Positions 26,310-39,554 of a DNA stretch of 64,000 nucleotides are shown here, in pieces. The translations under genes and the position numbers were made by a program. This DNA comes from Mobula hypostoma (Eukaryota), in contig NC_086106.1 of NCBI RefSeq assembly GCF_963921235.1, forward strand, positions 34,410,001 through 34,474,000, written 5' to 3'. Numbering within the stretch: position 1 is the stretch's first letter; every line of letters begins with the position of its first letter. The notes beneath the pieces were generated by a model. It ran no database searches, had not been told where the DNA came from, and saw nothing but the letters and a program-made list of their open reading frames with translations.

Positions 26310-28870
26310 GGTCATAGAACTTAGAAGAGTACCACAGGAACAGATAATCCAATCCTCAATGTTGTGTCGAGCCAGTTACAAAGCAAGTCAAAAACAACCG
26401 AACACTCATCCCTCCTACTTACACTATGTCCATATCCCTCCATCGTCCTTACATTCATGTGACGATCCAAACATCTCTAAAAAGCCTCTAATGTATTTGC
26501 CTCCACCACCATACCAGGCGGCGCATTCGAGGCATCCACGACTCTCTGAGTAAACAACTTACCTCTCACATTCCCCTTGAACCTTGCCCATCTCACCTTC
26601 AGTGCATGCCCTCGGGTGTTAGGCATTTCAACCCTGTGGAACAGACTCTCTCTATACTCTATTTATGCCTCTCATTACCCCCTCAGGTACTGAAGTTTCA
26701 GAGAAAACAGCCAAGTTTATCCGGCCTCTTGTGAAAGCTCTAAACCAGGCACTATCCTGCAAACCTCTTCTGCATCCTCTCCAAAGCCTCAACTCCTTCC
26801 TATGGTGGGTGACCAGAACTGCACACAACACTTCAAATGTGGCCTAACCAGAGTTTTATAAAGTTGCAACATACCTCCTGACTTTTGAACTCAATGCGAT
26901 GACTAATTAAAGCAAGTGTTGTACATGCCTTCTTAATTTGTGGAGCCACTTTCAAAGAGATATGAACTTGGATCCTGAAATCTCTCTGCTCAGCGACACT
27001 GTTGAGAGCCTTGCATTTTCCCTACCTGGGTTAAAGTACATCTGCCATTTCTTAGCCCATGTCTGCAACTAATCCATATCATGCTGTATTCTTTGCCAGT
27101 CTTCTACACTATCCACAACTCCACCAGTCTTGGTATCATCCACAAATTTACTATCCCACTCACCTATATTTTCATCTAGGTCATTTGTATACATTACAAA
27201 CAACTGAGGTCCCAGCACGGATCCCTGCGGAACTCCACCAATTACAGACCTCCAGTTCGAAATTTCCCTTTGACCACTCCCCTCTCTTTTCTATGCGCAA
27301 GCCAGTGCTGAATCCAAACAGCCAATTCACTGCACAAACCATGCATCTAATCTTCTGAATTCGTCTCCCTTCCCATGAGGGACTTTGTCAAACGGTGTAC
27401 TAAAAATGATGTATACAACAACCACTGCCTTACCCTCAGCAATCTCTCTCATCATCTTGTCAAAAAACCTCAATCAAGATGATAAGGTACGACCTGCCAC
27501 AAGCAAAGCTATGCTGGCTCTCCCTCGTTAGATCATGTGTTAACCCGAACTGATATATCCTATCACTAAGAATTTTCTGCAGCAATTACCCTACAACTGA
27601 CGTGGGACTTACCAATCTATACTTCCAGGGACTTTACTTTTTCCATTCTTTAAAAAAAAGAAGTACAGCATTAGCCACTCTTCAGTCCTCTGGGACCTCG
27701 CCTGTGGCTAGAAAGGACATAAAGACACTGGTTAAGGGCCCAGTAATCTCAAAGTTCAGTCACCTGGACAGACTGATTCCCAACGTGAGGTCCAGTACAG
27801 CCACTCCCCTGATTGGACCGTCCACATGTTGATCTAAGAAACCTTCCTGGATACATTTAACAAATTCAGCCCCATATATATCCCTTACAATAAGAAGGTC
27901 CAAGTTTACACGAGGGACGTTGAAATTTCCCATGAAAACAACCCTATTATTTTCACACATTTTCTCAATCTGGTTGCATATCTCTTCCTCAATGACCCGA
28001 TGCCTAATCGGGGATCTGCAGTACAATCCCATCAGTGTGATTGCACCACTCCTATTCCCGAATTCCACCTAAATGGATTTAGTGTTTGACTCCTTTTAGT
28101 GCAGCTGTGATATTGTCCCTGATTAACAGTGCAACTCCAATCGCTCTATTACCTCCTCCTCTATATTTTCCAAAACTTCGTAACCTGGTACATTAAGAAC
28201 ACAATCCTGCTCCCCTCTCAGCTAAGTTTCAGTAATGGCTTCAACATGTAGTTCCGTCTTGTACAGGTCACTCCTTCCTCAGAAAAGATTCCAATGATCC
28301 AAGAACTGGAACTCCTGTCCTTTACACCATCTCAGCAGCCACTCACTCATCCGTGCTACCAACCCATTTCGATGTCATTGTTGTCAATATGCACCAGGAG
28401 TTCTGGCTGTTCCCTCTTCTCTTTGACAATATCTTGCAGCCGCTTCAATGCATCATGGAGCCCAGCAATTGGGAGGAAACACACCATCCTAGCGCCTTGT
28501 TTTGTGGCTACAGAATATCTTTTCTGTCTCCCTAACTATCGAGTCCCCTATTATAACTGCATTGCCTGAATTTATGCTGCCCTGTCAAGCCTCCGAGCCG
28601 GCCACAGTGTCAGCAGTCTGTCTGCTGCTGCCGTGATCTGATGGTCACCCACTCCCTAGCAGTACACAAAGGAGCGTACTTTTTGCTCAGGAGAGTGGCC
28701 ACAGGAGAACCCTGCACTGACTTCATAATCCACTACCTCTCCTGGTGGTCACAAGTCTACTGTCGAAAGGCTATACGCTGGGTATGAACACCTCTTCAAA
28801 AGTCTCGTCTGTAAAATCTTCAGCCTGCAGAATGGTCCTGATTACATCCAACTCCAGCTCCAATTGGTGA
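26310..28870 (-). mobile_element. Degenerate CR1 (RT, APE and ORF1 esterase fragments)
   Basis: MGLYCRSP, VFMGNFN and FLDQHVDGPIRGVAVLDL motifs; CR1 3' end at about 26310. Confidence 0.85.
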
Positions 28871-29034
28871 GGGACCATAATAAATATGGTTGACATTGAC
28901 GTCAGTAAGGGGAGCAATAGGTCCAATTTAGAAATGTAATCTAAGATGTTAAGACCTATTTGATTCAGGGAATGAAGTTAAAATGAGGGTTTCTGGTGAC
29001 CTCAGATTGTTTTTCTGTGATTGTTAGAATGCGC

Positions 29035-29921
29035 TGTTACATAACCGGCAACAATGAATATCAGTCGAGACAGGTTATATAAAAACAACCAAATATTTAT
29101 TAAACACGGATAAACAATAAAAAATACAAACGAACACCTTAACCGGAAGTTAACCGCTATGCAGCCATTTAACAAATCGTCACTCGGCACTGGTTCTTAA
29201 AGCGTTAAATGCGCAAACAGTTTTTAAAGCGGTAAAGTCGGATATAGTTCTTAAAATGGTAAATTCGAAAGTCCAACAGATTTATACGTGCAATTGGGAG
29301 AGACTTGTCCAGAGAAGGATTTCTTCAAAGACGCGTTTTTCCTGTTGGTTCTGTCCAAAGGATTCACGATGCAGGACATAAACAGTTTCAAACAACTGAC
29401 CTTAAATTCTGGAGAACAAACCTTTGCATGAACTACATGCCTTTTGGCAAGAGTTATATCGATGCAGGTCGCTACTCCTTCAACGAAGACTCAATAAGGT
29501 CGGTCCTTTGTTAAACTGCTGAAGGATACCGACTCCTCTCAATCCTTCGGGTCCTGTACTCCGATAAAGTCTTCACTCTCCCGCACTACTGCTGGGAAAA
29601 TGTACATCTACACATCTAGCAAAAATTGCCAATCCAGCACTATTGTATCTTGCAAAAGAACGTTACACTCCGTTTTAAAAAAAAAGAAACTCCGTCATAC
29701 AATAAACACGCAACAGAAACGGAGACACAGACGCACGTTCTAGCTGGAAAACTAAAAACTAAAAAACTAACTGCGTCATCTGGGGTCTTCCCTGATATAC
29801 CCGTGGTGCCCATGTCATCACGTGACCTCACATCGGCGGGAAAACTACATCGGGTGACCTCCAAAAGACCATTACATCATTCTCACAAAAACAATCACAG
29901 ATCTCCTTAAGGTACGTAACA
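29035..29921 (-). mobile_element. Solo LTR (887 bp)
   Basis: Ends are TGTTAC...GTAACA (perfect 6-bp inverted termini); AATAAA on the minus strand near 29097; flanks GCGC/GTGT are a possible decayed TSD. Confidence 0.65.
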
Positions 29922-29989
29922 GTGTTAACCAGTGTTCCACAGGGACTGGTACTGGGATCCTTTGTGTTTCAATATGGCATGACGGTGCA

Positions 29990-30800
29990 TTAGGAGTTAG
30001 TGTTAAATTACAAAGTTCAAGTTTCAAAGTAAATTTATTATTAAAAAAAACATATATCGGCATATACAACTCTGAGATTCGTTTCCTTGTGGGCATTCTC
30101 AGTAAATCCAAGAAACAAAAGAATCAATAAAAGATTGCACCCAACAGGATGAACAACCAACTAATGTTCAAAATGGGCCAAACTATGCAAACAAAAAAAG
30201 GGAGAAATAAAGAAATTATAATGATAAGAGTCCTTGAAAGTGAATCATTGAGTTGTGGGAACAGTTCGGTGATGGGATGAGTGAAGTTGAGTGAAGCTAT
30301 ATCAATTGGTTCAACAGCCTGATGGTTGACGGATAATAACTGTTCGTGAACCTGTTGGCGTGTGTCCCGAGGCTCCTGCACCTTCTTCCTGATTGCAGCA
30401 GGGAGACGAGAGCATGGTCTGGGAGGTGGGGGTCCCTGATGATGGATGTTGTCTTCCAGCGACAGCTCTCCGTGTAGATGTGCTGAATGGTGGGGAGCGT
30501 TTTACCCTTGATAGACTGGGTCGTATCCATTACCTTTCGTAAGGCTTACCGTTAAAGGACGTTGCTGTTTCTGTACCAGGTCGTGATGAAACCAATCAAT
30601 ATATTTTCCACCACAGAGCTACAGAAGTTTGTCAAAGTTTTAGATGACATGCCGAATTGTTTCAAGCTTCTAAAAAAAGAGTGGAGGCACCTCAGAATAC
30701 CGAAGTGAGAATTTAAAATTATCGGTGAACATCTCAGCCAGTTGAGCATCACAGGTTTTTAACACTCAGCCAGGTAATCCATCTGTGGTCTGTGTGAGTT
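29990..30800 (-). mobile_element. Rex1/L2-type LINE 3' fragment
   Basis: KQFGMSSKTLTNF.SSVVENIL.G.ITTWY and RSLGTHANRFTNSYYPSTIRLLN. Confidence 0.8.
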
Positions 30801-30874
30801 CGTGAAGGAACATCCATGTTTTGATGGTCAAAGTGAACATAGAATGCACTGAGCCCATCCGGGAACTAAACTTT

Positions 30875-31397
30875 TGTCAGTATCTCCAGTTGAACTTTGT
30901 CTTATTGTGCGTTTTCCCCCTAGCCGTCAGTCTGTGGTTTTCTATTCCCATGTGCTTTCGTTTGTTTTCATGCCCCATGTGCTCCTGTCCCAGCTCCTGC
31001 TCTACTCCGGCCCCTGTATTACTGAGTAATGCGCCCCTCACCTGTTTCTCTTTATTATCTACTTTGCTGCCACTTCTGTCGCGTTGTGCTCCACCTATCA
31101 TCTGCCTCTCTGTTTATTGCTTAGTGTATTTTAGTCCTGTGTTTTCACCTGATTGTTGCCAGACTGTGCCAGTGAGATTTCCTGAGCCTTTCCAGCATTC
31201 GTGTCTGAACTCTGTCCGTCAGAATATCAACTCTGCCTATTTCCCCAATTCAGGTTTTTGGATTTCTTTGGATTTTTTGATCTCTACCTGAACTTTGACG
31301 CCGACTTTGCTTGCAACTAGGGATTTGTTACTCAATTAACAGTACTGTGTGCACAGTACTGGGTCTGAGATTGAATCACCGCTCCAGCGTCCTGACA
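30875..31397 (+). mobile_element. Solo LTR (523 bp)
   Basis: TGTCAG...CTGACA inverted termini with a pyrimidine-rich LTR-like body; TSD unclear. Confidence 0.55.
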
Positions 31398-31710
31398 GCG
31401 TTGTTATCACAAATGTCGCCGTGTTTTCTCTTTGTAAGAGGAAATGACATTAAGTACTTGCCACAGTGGTCGAGCATCCTTCCGTGGTTGAAGTTTGGTC
31501 CGAAATTGTCACGTTTTGCGGTGAAATGTCTTTCAGGAGATTGTATCTGAACCTTTTATATCTTACTTTGTCGCTAGACCTGAATACCACTGATCTGGCC
31601 CTCAGCAGATTGCGGATCTCGTGGTTTATACAGGGCTTCTGATTGGGCATAGTTGTCTTCAAAGAAAAAATTGAATGAAGTCCCCGACTATGATTTGTTT
31701 GCTTATAGTG

Positions 31711-31711
31711 G

Positions 31712-31758
<47 letters not shown>
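31711..31758. repeat. (GT)n microsatellite
   Basis: Perfect GT dinucleotide run. Confidence 0.95.
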
Positions 31759-32737
31759 GGGGGGGGGTGGGTGTGGTTGTGGTGGTAACGGGGCTGTTGA
31801 CATTGGTTAATGGTTAAGTTGTCTCTTTATAAGAGGCATATAAAATTAAAAACACAATTTTAAGATGAAGGAAGTAAAAGGGTGAAAGGATTTCGAGGGG
31901 TCTAGATTGATTTTACCTCTAAGGGAAAGTCGATTGCCTAGGATTCAGTGTCCAAAGGGAGCGGTGAATCAGAGTCGTTGACAGCATTTAAAATGTATCT
32001 GGAGGAGCACTGGAATAATCTTTGAGGCTTTGAGCCGAGTGCTGGAAAGTGAGATTAATACGGACATCTATTCACTGATTAGCATGGACCTATAACATTG
32101 CTTCCCACATTGTCACCAAGCACGACCTTGAAAGAACGAACCATGGGTTTGTGCCTGATGGCGGCACTGTTGAAAAACAAACATTACGTTTGTGTTCCTT
32201 CAGCTGCCTTCTACAACCGCGAAAACACCAATTTCCGCCGCGCATCCCCCTTTAGCTTATCTGACCCAGTCCAGAATATTAACCTCATCACTCGTCCTAT
32301 CCTTGAAACCCAGTCAGACAGTTTGAAAATTCTTGTCTCTCTTCTCAACTTTCTTTCCGATCTTATCCTTCCGATCTCTGTGAACTCTGACTCTGTCAAT
32401 CTCCAAACCACCTTCAGTTCCGCGTTCATCTCCCACTGATCATCCCCATAATTTGCCATGTTACGATTATCTTTTAAATGTCGAGGCCGTCCAATTCCTT
32501 TAGTGAAAGTTGTGCTTTCTTAACATGGCCGCTATCTTTAAAAAAAAACTACCCCATTGCTCTAGCTTGTGTAAATATCTCCAAATGAGTTTCAGTATAA
32601 ATTGATTCTGATTCCGAGTAGGACACTGAATGTAGAGCATGGACACAGAACTGAGCAGCCCTTGGCCCAAATGTTGTGCCGATCTATATCAACCAACTGC
32701 ACGATCGATCCCATAAACCTCCATTTACTTCAGTGGA

Positions 32738-33519
32738 CAGTAGATTCCGCCTAATTAGGACACATCGGGACCAGTACAGTTTGGCCCAATTGAGTGGCTA
32801 CCCCAATTAGGGGAAGTTTCATGGAAATATTTTAAAACATATAAAAAAAGACAAACTACGGTTTAAATAAGTAGCAATTTTTTCAAATGAAATGCATAAC
32901 AAATTAGAGCACTAATAATACTACTACAGTACTATAAAATTTTAGTTCGTAGGAATTATAATCGTTGGAATTCATCCACAGTCTATGCTGTCCTATTCTT
33001 TTGATTGACTGTGAACACATCAGCGCAGGCACGTTGTGTAGATAATGGACTGCCTTAATACAATGCACTCGAAACATTCAAGATAATTGTCGAAACCTTC
33101 AAATTCTTCGTATTTTCTAATTGTTGAAGTAGTCAAATTGTTTCATTTTCACTCCCGGCCGTCTCCACGGCTGAATATTTGAAAGCGCAGCGAGCAAAGC
33201 ATTTCCGAATTGTTTTCCTGCTTACTTCTGACCAGCTAAAGCGACAAAAAAAAAACACTGCTTCATGGACACAAACACACACAACAGACGCTAATAAATT
33301 CTGCTCCGTCTAAGCACAATGTTCGCCAAACAAGTGTACGCGACTGACCCTAGTTAGAAACTTTGGCAGCAATCTCGTGTCTTAGTGAACTTGGATAGTG
33401 CGTTAAATAAATGAAGGGAATCCCTGCTGATGTTTTCGAATAGCTTTTGTTCCTTCAGAATTGTCCCAAATCAGCTGCTGCCCCGATTAAGCAATGGCCC
33501 ATTTAACCATAATCCACCG
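32738..33519. mobile_element. Tigger/pogo-like non-autonomous DNA transposon
   Basis: Imperfect terminal inverted repeats CAGTAGATTCCGCCTAATT / AATCCACCG, with TA at the right end. Confidence 0.55.
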
Positions 33520-33529
33520 TATGTGCCTA

Positions 33530-34500
33530 TCTGAGAGTCTCTAAATGTTCCTCTTGACCACCATCACAGGCAGAGCTTTCCAGGCACCCATCACTCTCAA
33601 AGAAAACATAAAAACAATCTCTGGCATCTCTCCGAATCTTTACTCAGCTCCTCTAGCACTGGCCATTGCCTCACTGAGAAATTGGGCTCTCTATGCTTCT
33701 CGTAACCGGAAACGCCTCTCTTCCACATTCGCTCCAAAGAGCAAAGCCCTATATCGCACATGCATGCTCTCCAATCCAGGCTGGATTCTGTTAAATTTCC
33801 TCTGCACCCTGTCTAAAGCTTCCATATCCTTCCTATACTGAAGTAAGCAGAACTAAACTTGCTTTATTATAGAAAAGACGTGGAAGCATTAAATGTGGTG
33901 TAAGCAGAGTTTAATAGAGATCCAACATTACTTCACAGCTCCTGAAAAATAATCCTCAGTGCAACGTCCATCTGCCATTTTTCCACCCAGCTCTGCATTC
34001 TGCCTGTATCTCGTTGCTGCCTACAACCTTTTGCACTAATCACAATACCGCCAATGTTTGTGTCATCTGCAAACTTACTAACGCACCCTGCCACCTCCTC
34101 ACCCATCTCCTTTGCAAACAAACTAACTCACCGTTCCACCTCCTCACCCATCTCCTTTGCAAACGTACTAATTCACCCTTCCACTTCCTCATCTATATTA
34201 AAAAAAAACACAAAAAGTAGGTGTCACAGAACAATCCCTGCGGAACACCACTCGTCACCAACCTCCAGGAAGAATACCCTCTATGTTCCACCACGCTCTG
34301 ACTTCTACCGGAAAACCAAATCTATTCCGTGCAGCTAAGCTTCTATGGATTCCACGTCTCACGTCTGTCTGGAAAAAGCCTGCCTTGAGGAATCTTGTCA
34401 AATACATTTCTAAAATCCATATACAGCACATGCACTTCTCTACCTTCATCATTTTTGTCATAACCTTCAAACATGCTCCTGAGGGGCGATTTCCCCCTCA
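33530..34500 (-). mobile_element. Degenerate CR1 RT fragment with an internal ~45-bp tandem duplication (34080-34190)
   Basis: VSKFADDTNIGG; repeated cacctcctcacccatctcctttgcaaac unit. Confidence 0.75.
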
Positions 34501-35334
34501 TAAAGCCAGCAAGGTTTCGTAACAAAAATTCCACCGGATCCTGTTGTGACCGAACGAATGAACCATTGCACGAACTTTTTAAACTTCACTTCATTCGCTC
34601 ATGTTATGATTTTGTGACAGAAATTATTTTAACCCTGACATTCATACGACAATATTTGATAATAGTTTCAATGAAAAAACAATCATTTTGATGAATGTAT
34701 CCAAATATCAAATAGTATATTACGAAGCGCATTGCAACAGGAATTTGCAAGTGCCACTCGTTCACTTTAATTCAAATACGGTTAAAATTTATTTAAATGT
34801 TCCGGATATATTTAAAACATCTGTTTGGAAAGTTACTGATTACATTTAATTGACAGCGATAAGCAAACAACTTGATTAAAATTATTAACGTACGATTAAG
34901 GTAGAATATTTAATTAATTTGTAATAGCCATATTTAAAATTAATTACACTGGTTTAATAATTTCCGTTTTTTTGTAACACAGCAAAATCTCCAGAAGATT
35001 ATTTGATTGATCCTTTGCCTCAACAGACGTTGCTTGTCTGAGTTGAATCTTTACCTATTTCCCTTACTCATCATGCGGATTTAATTAGCATTGTGGTTCG
35101 GTTTTGTCAATAGTCAGTGTAGCATTTAAATAGATACAGTATTTAAGAGCAAGTATTTGTAGGCATATGAATTTTAGACCGGAACTATCAGTGGTTAAAA
35201 AAGCAGTCAATTAGCATTATACTGAAATATCTTTGTTGACATTCTGACAATAATATATCAGAGTATTATAATAATTATTATTATAATAGGTACTCCTGTA
35301 GGAAAATATAAAGCTGGTTCTACTTTGGAGCACA

Positions 35335-35950
35335 GCATGTTCATTTGGTTGCAACGCACACAAAATGCTGGCAGAACTCAGCAGGCCAGACAACATCAAT
35401 GGACAAAAGTAAACAGTCGATGTTTCGGGCAAAGACCATTTTGTGGTGACCCACTTTCTGGCACACACGAACCGGATCACAACAGCGCGCGCAGGCAGAG
35501 GGTCGGCCCCAAAAAAGGGCGCCAGGCCATCTTCACCAGCAGGGGGAAAATCCCGCGCGCAGAAAGGGCCGGGGAATATGCATTCCCCACAGCAGTCCCG
35601 CCCAGGGAGGGCGGGAACGGGCAGGCTTGAATAAATCTCTTTCATCGCAACTCTAACTCACCGACTCCGCGTAGTTATTCTAGCGCTGTGTGTAGCACAC
35701 CGCTACAATTTATTAGGACTGGAAAGGAAGGGGAAAAGTTAGAATAAGAAGCTGAGAAGAGGGGAAGAAGAAGTACAAAATGGCTGCTGATAGGAGACTC
35801 GGGGACGGGGAAGGTTTCTAGTAAAGAACTGTGAAGTTGATTGGTGAAAGAGATAAAGGGCTGAAGAAGGGGAAATCTGACAGGAGAGGACAGAATGCCT
35901 TGGAAGAAAGGGAAGGTGGATGTGCACTAAAGGGGACTGATTGGCAGGTA
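35335..35950 (-). mobile_element. Penelope terminal repeat interrupted by a solo LTR
   Basis: tgctggcagaactcagcaggcc..., with the hammerhead-like core split at 35441/35708. Confidence 0.7.
35442..35707 (+). mobile_element. Young GC/CpG-rich solo LTR (266 bp) with 4-bp TSD ATTT
   Basis: TGTGG...GCTACA, ATTT on both sides (35438-35441 and 35708-35711), internal AATAAA. Confidence 0.85.
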
Positions 35951-36024
35951 ATTGTTTGCTTTATTTGAGGTCTTGAATATACATTATGTGACTGGGCACC
36001 ATCCCATGTATTAGCGCCAGAAAA

Positions 36025-36128
36025 GCGTTGCACCTCTTCCAACAGATGCTGCCTGGCCTGCTGCGTTCACCAGCAACTTTGATGTGTGTTGCTTGAATTT
36101 CCAGCATCTGCAGAATTCCTGTTGTTTT
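36025..36128 (+). mobile_element. Penelope terminal-repeat fragment
   Basis: agatgctgcctggcctgctgcgttcaccagcaactttgatgtgtg, same subfamily as 63038-63128. Confidence 0.75.
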
Positions 36129-36904
36129 AATTTATTCGGAACTGCCTACACGCAGCGTATGGAATAGCTACTCTCGTGGCAAGGAATCAATAAGCATTAT
36201 CAGAAGTAGTAATCAATATATTCCTTAGTAGAATTGCTGTCTGAGAGAATCTCTTAAATGGAACAAGGCAATTACTTTCAAAATCCAGTAAATCTCCTTT
36301 AAGTTTTGTTATTCGCGCAATTTCTTTCTAATATTTTCACGTGGTTTGCTAGTTATAATCACGCACCCTCCAACATGATTTTTCTTTTATAAAGGAAGGT
36401 AACTGATTAAACTGCAGGACACACAGAATTATAGTTTGCTTAATTCAGTAGCCTTTTCTTAGTGCAGAACCTTGAGTATAAACATTATTTTGAAATGCAG
36501 ACAATGGAGAAGATACGATGAGTCGATTCGAAACAACTCCTAAGTTGTCCTTTGTCAGTGAATATGGATAGTAGGAGAGGGCGCCGCTCATAAGGTCAGA
36601 CTAAACTGATAGATTTGTTCAAGTATGAAATTGCAATACCAGATTGCAAGGTGCATTTAATTCTTTCACATTTGTGGTTGATTGCAATCTTTCACTGCTG
36701 GACAATTATTTCACCACAGTTTATTTTATATTATTCAGAGGAATACACTTTGCATTTCATTGCATTGCAACTGTTCTGTGAAATTCCAACCGAAACCAGT
36801 CATTGACATAGCAGAATTCAGAAACAAACTGATAGGATAAAGAGAAACAAAACTATAAATTCACACACACAGCATCAAAGATATTATAAATGCAGCGGTC
36901 TGAT

Positions 36905-37045
36905 GTTATCATCTACACAAGAGATTCTGCGGATACTGAAAATTCAGAGCAACATGCAAAATGCTGGAGGAGCTCAGCAGGTCAGGCAGCATCTATGGAG
37001 CAGAATAACGATCGACTTTACGGCCCGAGACCTTCATCAGGACGG
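36905..37045 (-). mobile_element. Penelope terminal-repeat fragment with degenerate hammerhead-like motif (37008-37044)
   Basis: Minus strand GTC-CTGATGA-AGGTCTCGGGCC-GTAA-AGTC-GATC. Confidence 0.75.
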
Positions 37046-37264
37046 ACACCATTAGTTGGATGTCTTCATTTGACTTCGGGTCCATGCAAACAAAAGCTGA
37101 ATCTGCGTCTGCGTCAGCATTCTCTACTTTACCTGTAATGAGAGAACACGAACAGGGAATCCAGTGAACATCCGAGAGAGGCAAACTGTCAAACCGACCG
37201 AATGGATCGAAAGAGTACAGTAACAAAATAAAATGTTTTAATATTTTCCTTGTAAATTCGTGGA

Positions 37265-37270
37265 TTTATT
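37265..37270 (-). terminator. Candidate polyadenylation signal for the putative tail exon
   Basis: AATAAA on the minus strand about 240 nt after the stop at 37511-37513. Confidence 0.25.
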
Positions 37271-37510
37271 ATCAGCCAGAGGCTGCATTTTTACAGGAAT
37301 AAGATTGGTCGATGGGCTCTTTGCGTCTCTATGTTTGCAATTAACATCTGATCCGTCATATGTCTAATGTGAAGGAGTTGGTGTATCTTACCGTTTGCTA
37401 CTTAATCTGCACCTGGTGCCGCGTGGTGTAATGTCTGTGACTGTTCATATTTCCTTTAACCCGCCTCAACGAACTAACACTCTAAATTACACTGTTTATA
37501 GCTTTACATA

Positions 37511-37605
37511 TTATTTCCGTGAGCAAGAACCACTATCTGCGTTAAACACAAAGAATGAATTTTCCCTTGACATGTTTTGAACTGTTGTGTCGTTGGTCAG
37601 CACCG
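37511..37605 (-). CDS. Candidate stand-alone secretory-tail-like terminal exon
   Basis: Polypyrimidine tract plus CAG acceptor. A phase-1 join to C3 gives TVLTNDTTVQNMSRENSFFVFNADSGSCSRK*. AATAAA at 37265-37270. No transcript evidence is available. Confidence 0.3.
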
Positions 37606-37984
37606 CTGGACGTAAAAGGAGGAATATTGCAAAACAAGGCAGCAAGTAATCAAGGTGTGTTATGGAGCACTCGGCTTCATTACACAATAGATAGATGTCG
37701 AAAAGTATAACGTGCGCCCGAAGGCACTCTTTGAATAATGCCCACATTTTCAGTCTGCATAATGAAGGACAACTTCTTTTGCACTGAAAGTATGGCAAAC
37801 GTTTACTAGTTTCTTCATTGGAATGGGGAGCTTGCCTCACGAGCAAGAATTGAAAGGATTGCAATTACACATAATGGAGTTCAGAATCATGTACGCTGAT
37901 GTTTTGAAGCAAGTAAAATGGTATTGTGCATGATAAAGATGAATATTGTGAAAGTTTCCATGCATGAGTGACCTACAACAAAGA

Positions 37985-38145
37985 GAAACACACACAAAAT
38001 GAAGTATGAACTCAGCAGGTTAGACAGCATCTATGGACAGGAATAAATAACTGCCATCCTAAACATCGACTCTACATTCCTCTCCATAAATAATGCCTGA
38101 CCTGCTGAGTTTGTCTAGGATTTACTGTGTGTTACACTGGATACC
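37985..38145. repeat. Short inverted pair of Penelope terminal fragments (hairpin)
   Basis: aactcagcaggttagacagcatctatgga on the left arm, and its reverse complement tccataaataatgcctgacctgctgagtt on the right. Confidence 0.7.
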
Positions 38146-39554
38146 ATCATAAGAGGAATCTTGTGTTTATAATCGGCGGCTAAGAGATACATTTTCTGAA
38201 TAAAGAGCTATTGTGGACTGAAAAAAATGTTCGAGGACATGTTACAGAGTACAGATCATAGTGTATTTTGGAGATCCCGTATTTGCACCAAGTAGACTTC
38301 AAAGCCCAAATGAATTGATAATAAGATCACCTAAGATCTCAATGAATGACAGTTCGGGGGTTTGATCGGTCAACTCATTTTTCTATATTGTATCTTCCTG
38401 TTTTTTTATTGTCACTAACTTATCTGGTCGTATTCCGTTTCTGAGCCTTCTGTTGAATGTTTCAATGTACAATTCTCACAGAGCAAGGGCGGCTGTGGTC
38501 AAAACAACGCTTTACACTACCAGCGACCAGCGTTCAATTTCTGCCGCAATCCTGTAAGAAAATTTTACGTTCTCCACCTTGACCGCGTGGGGTTTCCCTC
38601 GTGTCTCAGGTTTCCACCCACACTCTGTTTGGTCGATTTGTAGATAGATATACATACTTTATTGATCCCGAGGGAAATTGGGTTTCGTTACAGCTGCACC
38701 AACCAAGAATAGAGCATAAGTACAGCAATACAAAAACCACAAACAATCAAACAACAATATGTAAACTATGCCAGACGGAAATAAGTGATTAGGCCAGGCG
38801 GAGCTGCGCATTTAAGTTGCATGAACGATGTCCTGAGTTTTAGGCAATAACCCCCCTTCAAAAATAATAGGACTAAATACCAAACAAGCCAGCATTACGA
38901 TGAACGGGAAAACACGTTCCCGTTCCCTTGAGTACAATTGAAAAGAATGTTGGGTCGGTGATAAGACGCACAGAAACATCATTACTGGCTGCTACGCTGA
39001 ACGGAATCTGCGTTGCAATGTAGAAGTAGAAATTTTAAATAATGACAACAATGAAGCGTAATGGTACAGTATATCACTATGGAAACCTACGAATGAAAAT
39101 TATTCAGTTAAATTCAAGAAATATTGGACGCACTGAGCAGGGTACGCACAGCGGCGCATAACGGGAAAAAGCTAACGTTTTGAGTCCAAAACCACTCGTC
39201 CGTACAGGGTGGAGACGAATTGTTAATGCGACAGCTAAAAGCCGATTATGCCACTTTCTCATAGGCGTTGCCAACAGCGGGGCCGTGGATTGTGCCCAGA
39301 AGGCTAGGCTGTACTAATGGAGAGAGAAAATTTGAAGGAAATCACAGATGGATTACTGATAGAAATGGTCATTTCCGGTGAAAAATGAAAGTGTGAACTA
39401 CATGAAGCTGGAGAACTTGACTTTTCAGGCGCAAGAGAAGATGGTGGTGTGCAACGAGTGCAATAAGTGTACTTTTTCTGACGGTGTGAAATAATGTGGT
39501 CTTTACGATCAGACAATAGAACAGAAAATGAAGGAAGGAAAGGTATGAAAACAA

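Noticed and set aside
32098-32459. Overlapping 82-113 aa ORFs
   Set aside because: No recognisable domain or splice context; probably decayed repeat sequence.
34080-34190. ~45-bp tandem repeat as a CRISPR-like or functional array
   Set aside because: Two and a half adjacent copies with no spacers inside a dead CR1; local slippage duplication.
38960-39100. Minus-strand acceptor (ttttcattcgtag) with a hydrophobic short ORF as a TM exon
   Set aside because: Translations lack the conserved Ig TM (CART) residues in every phase.
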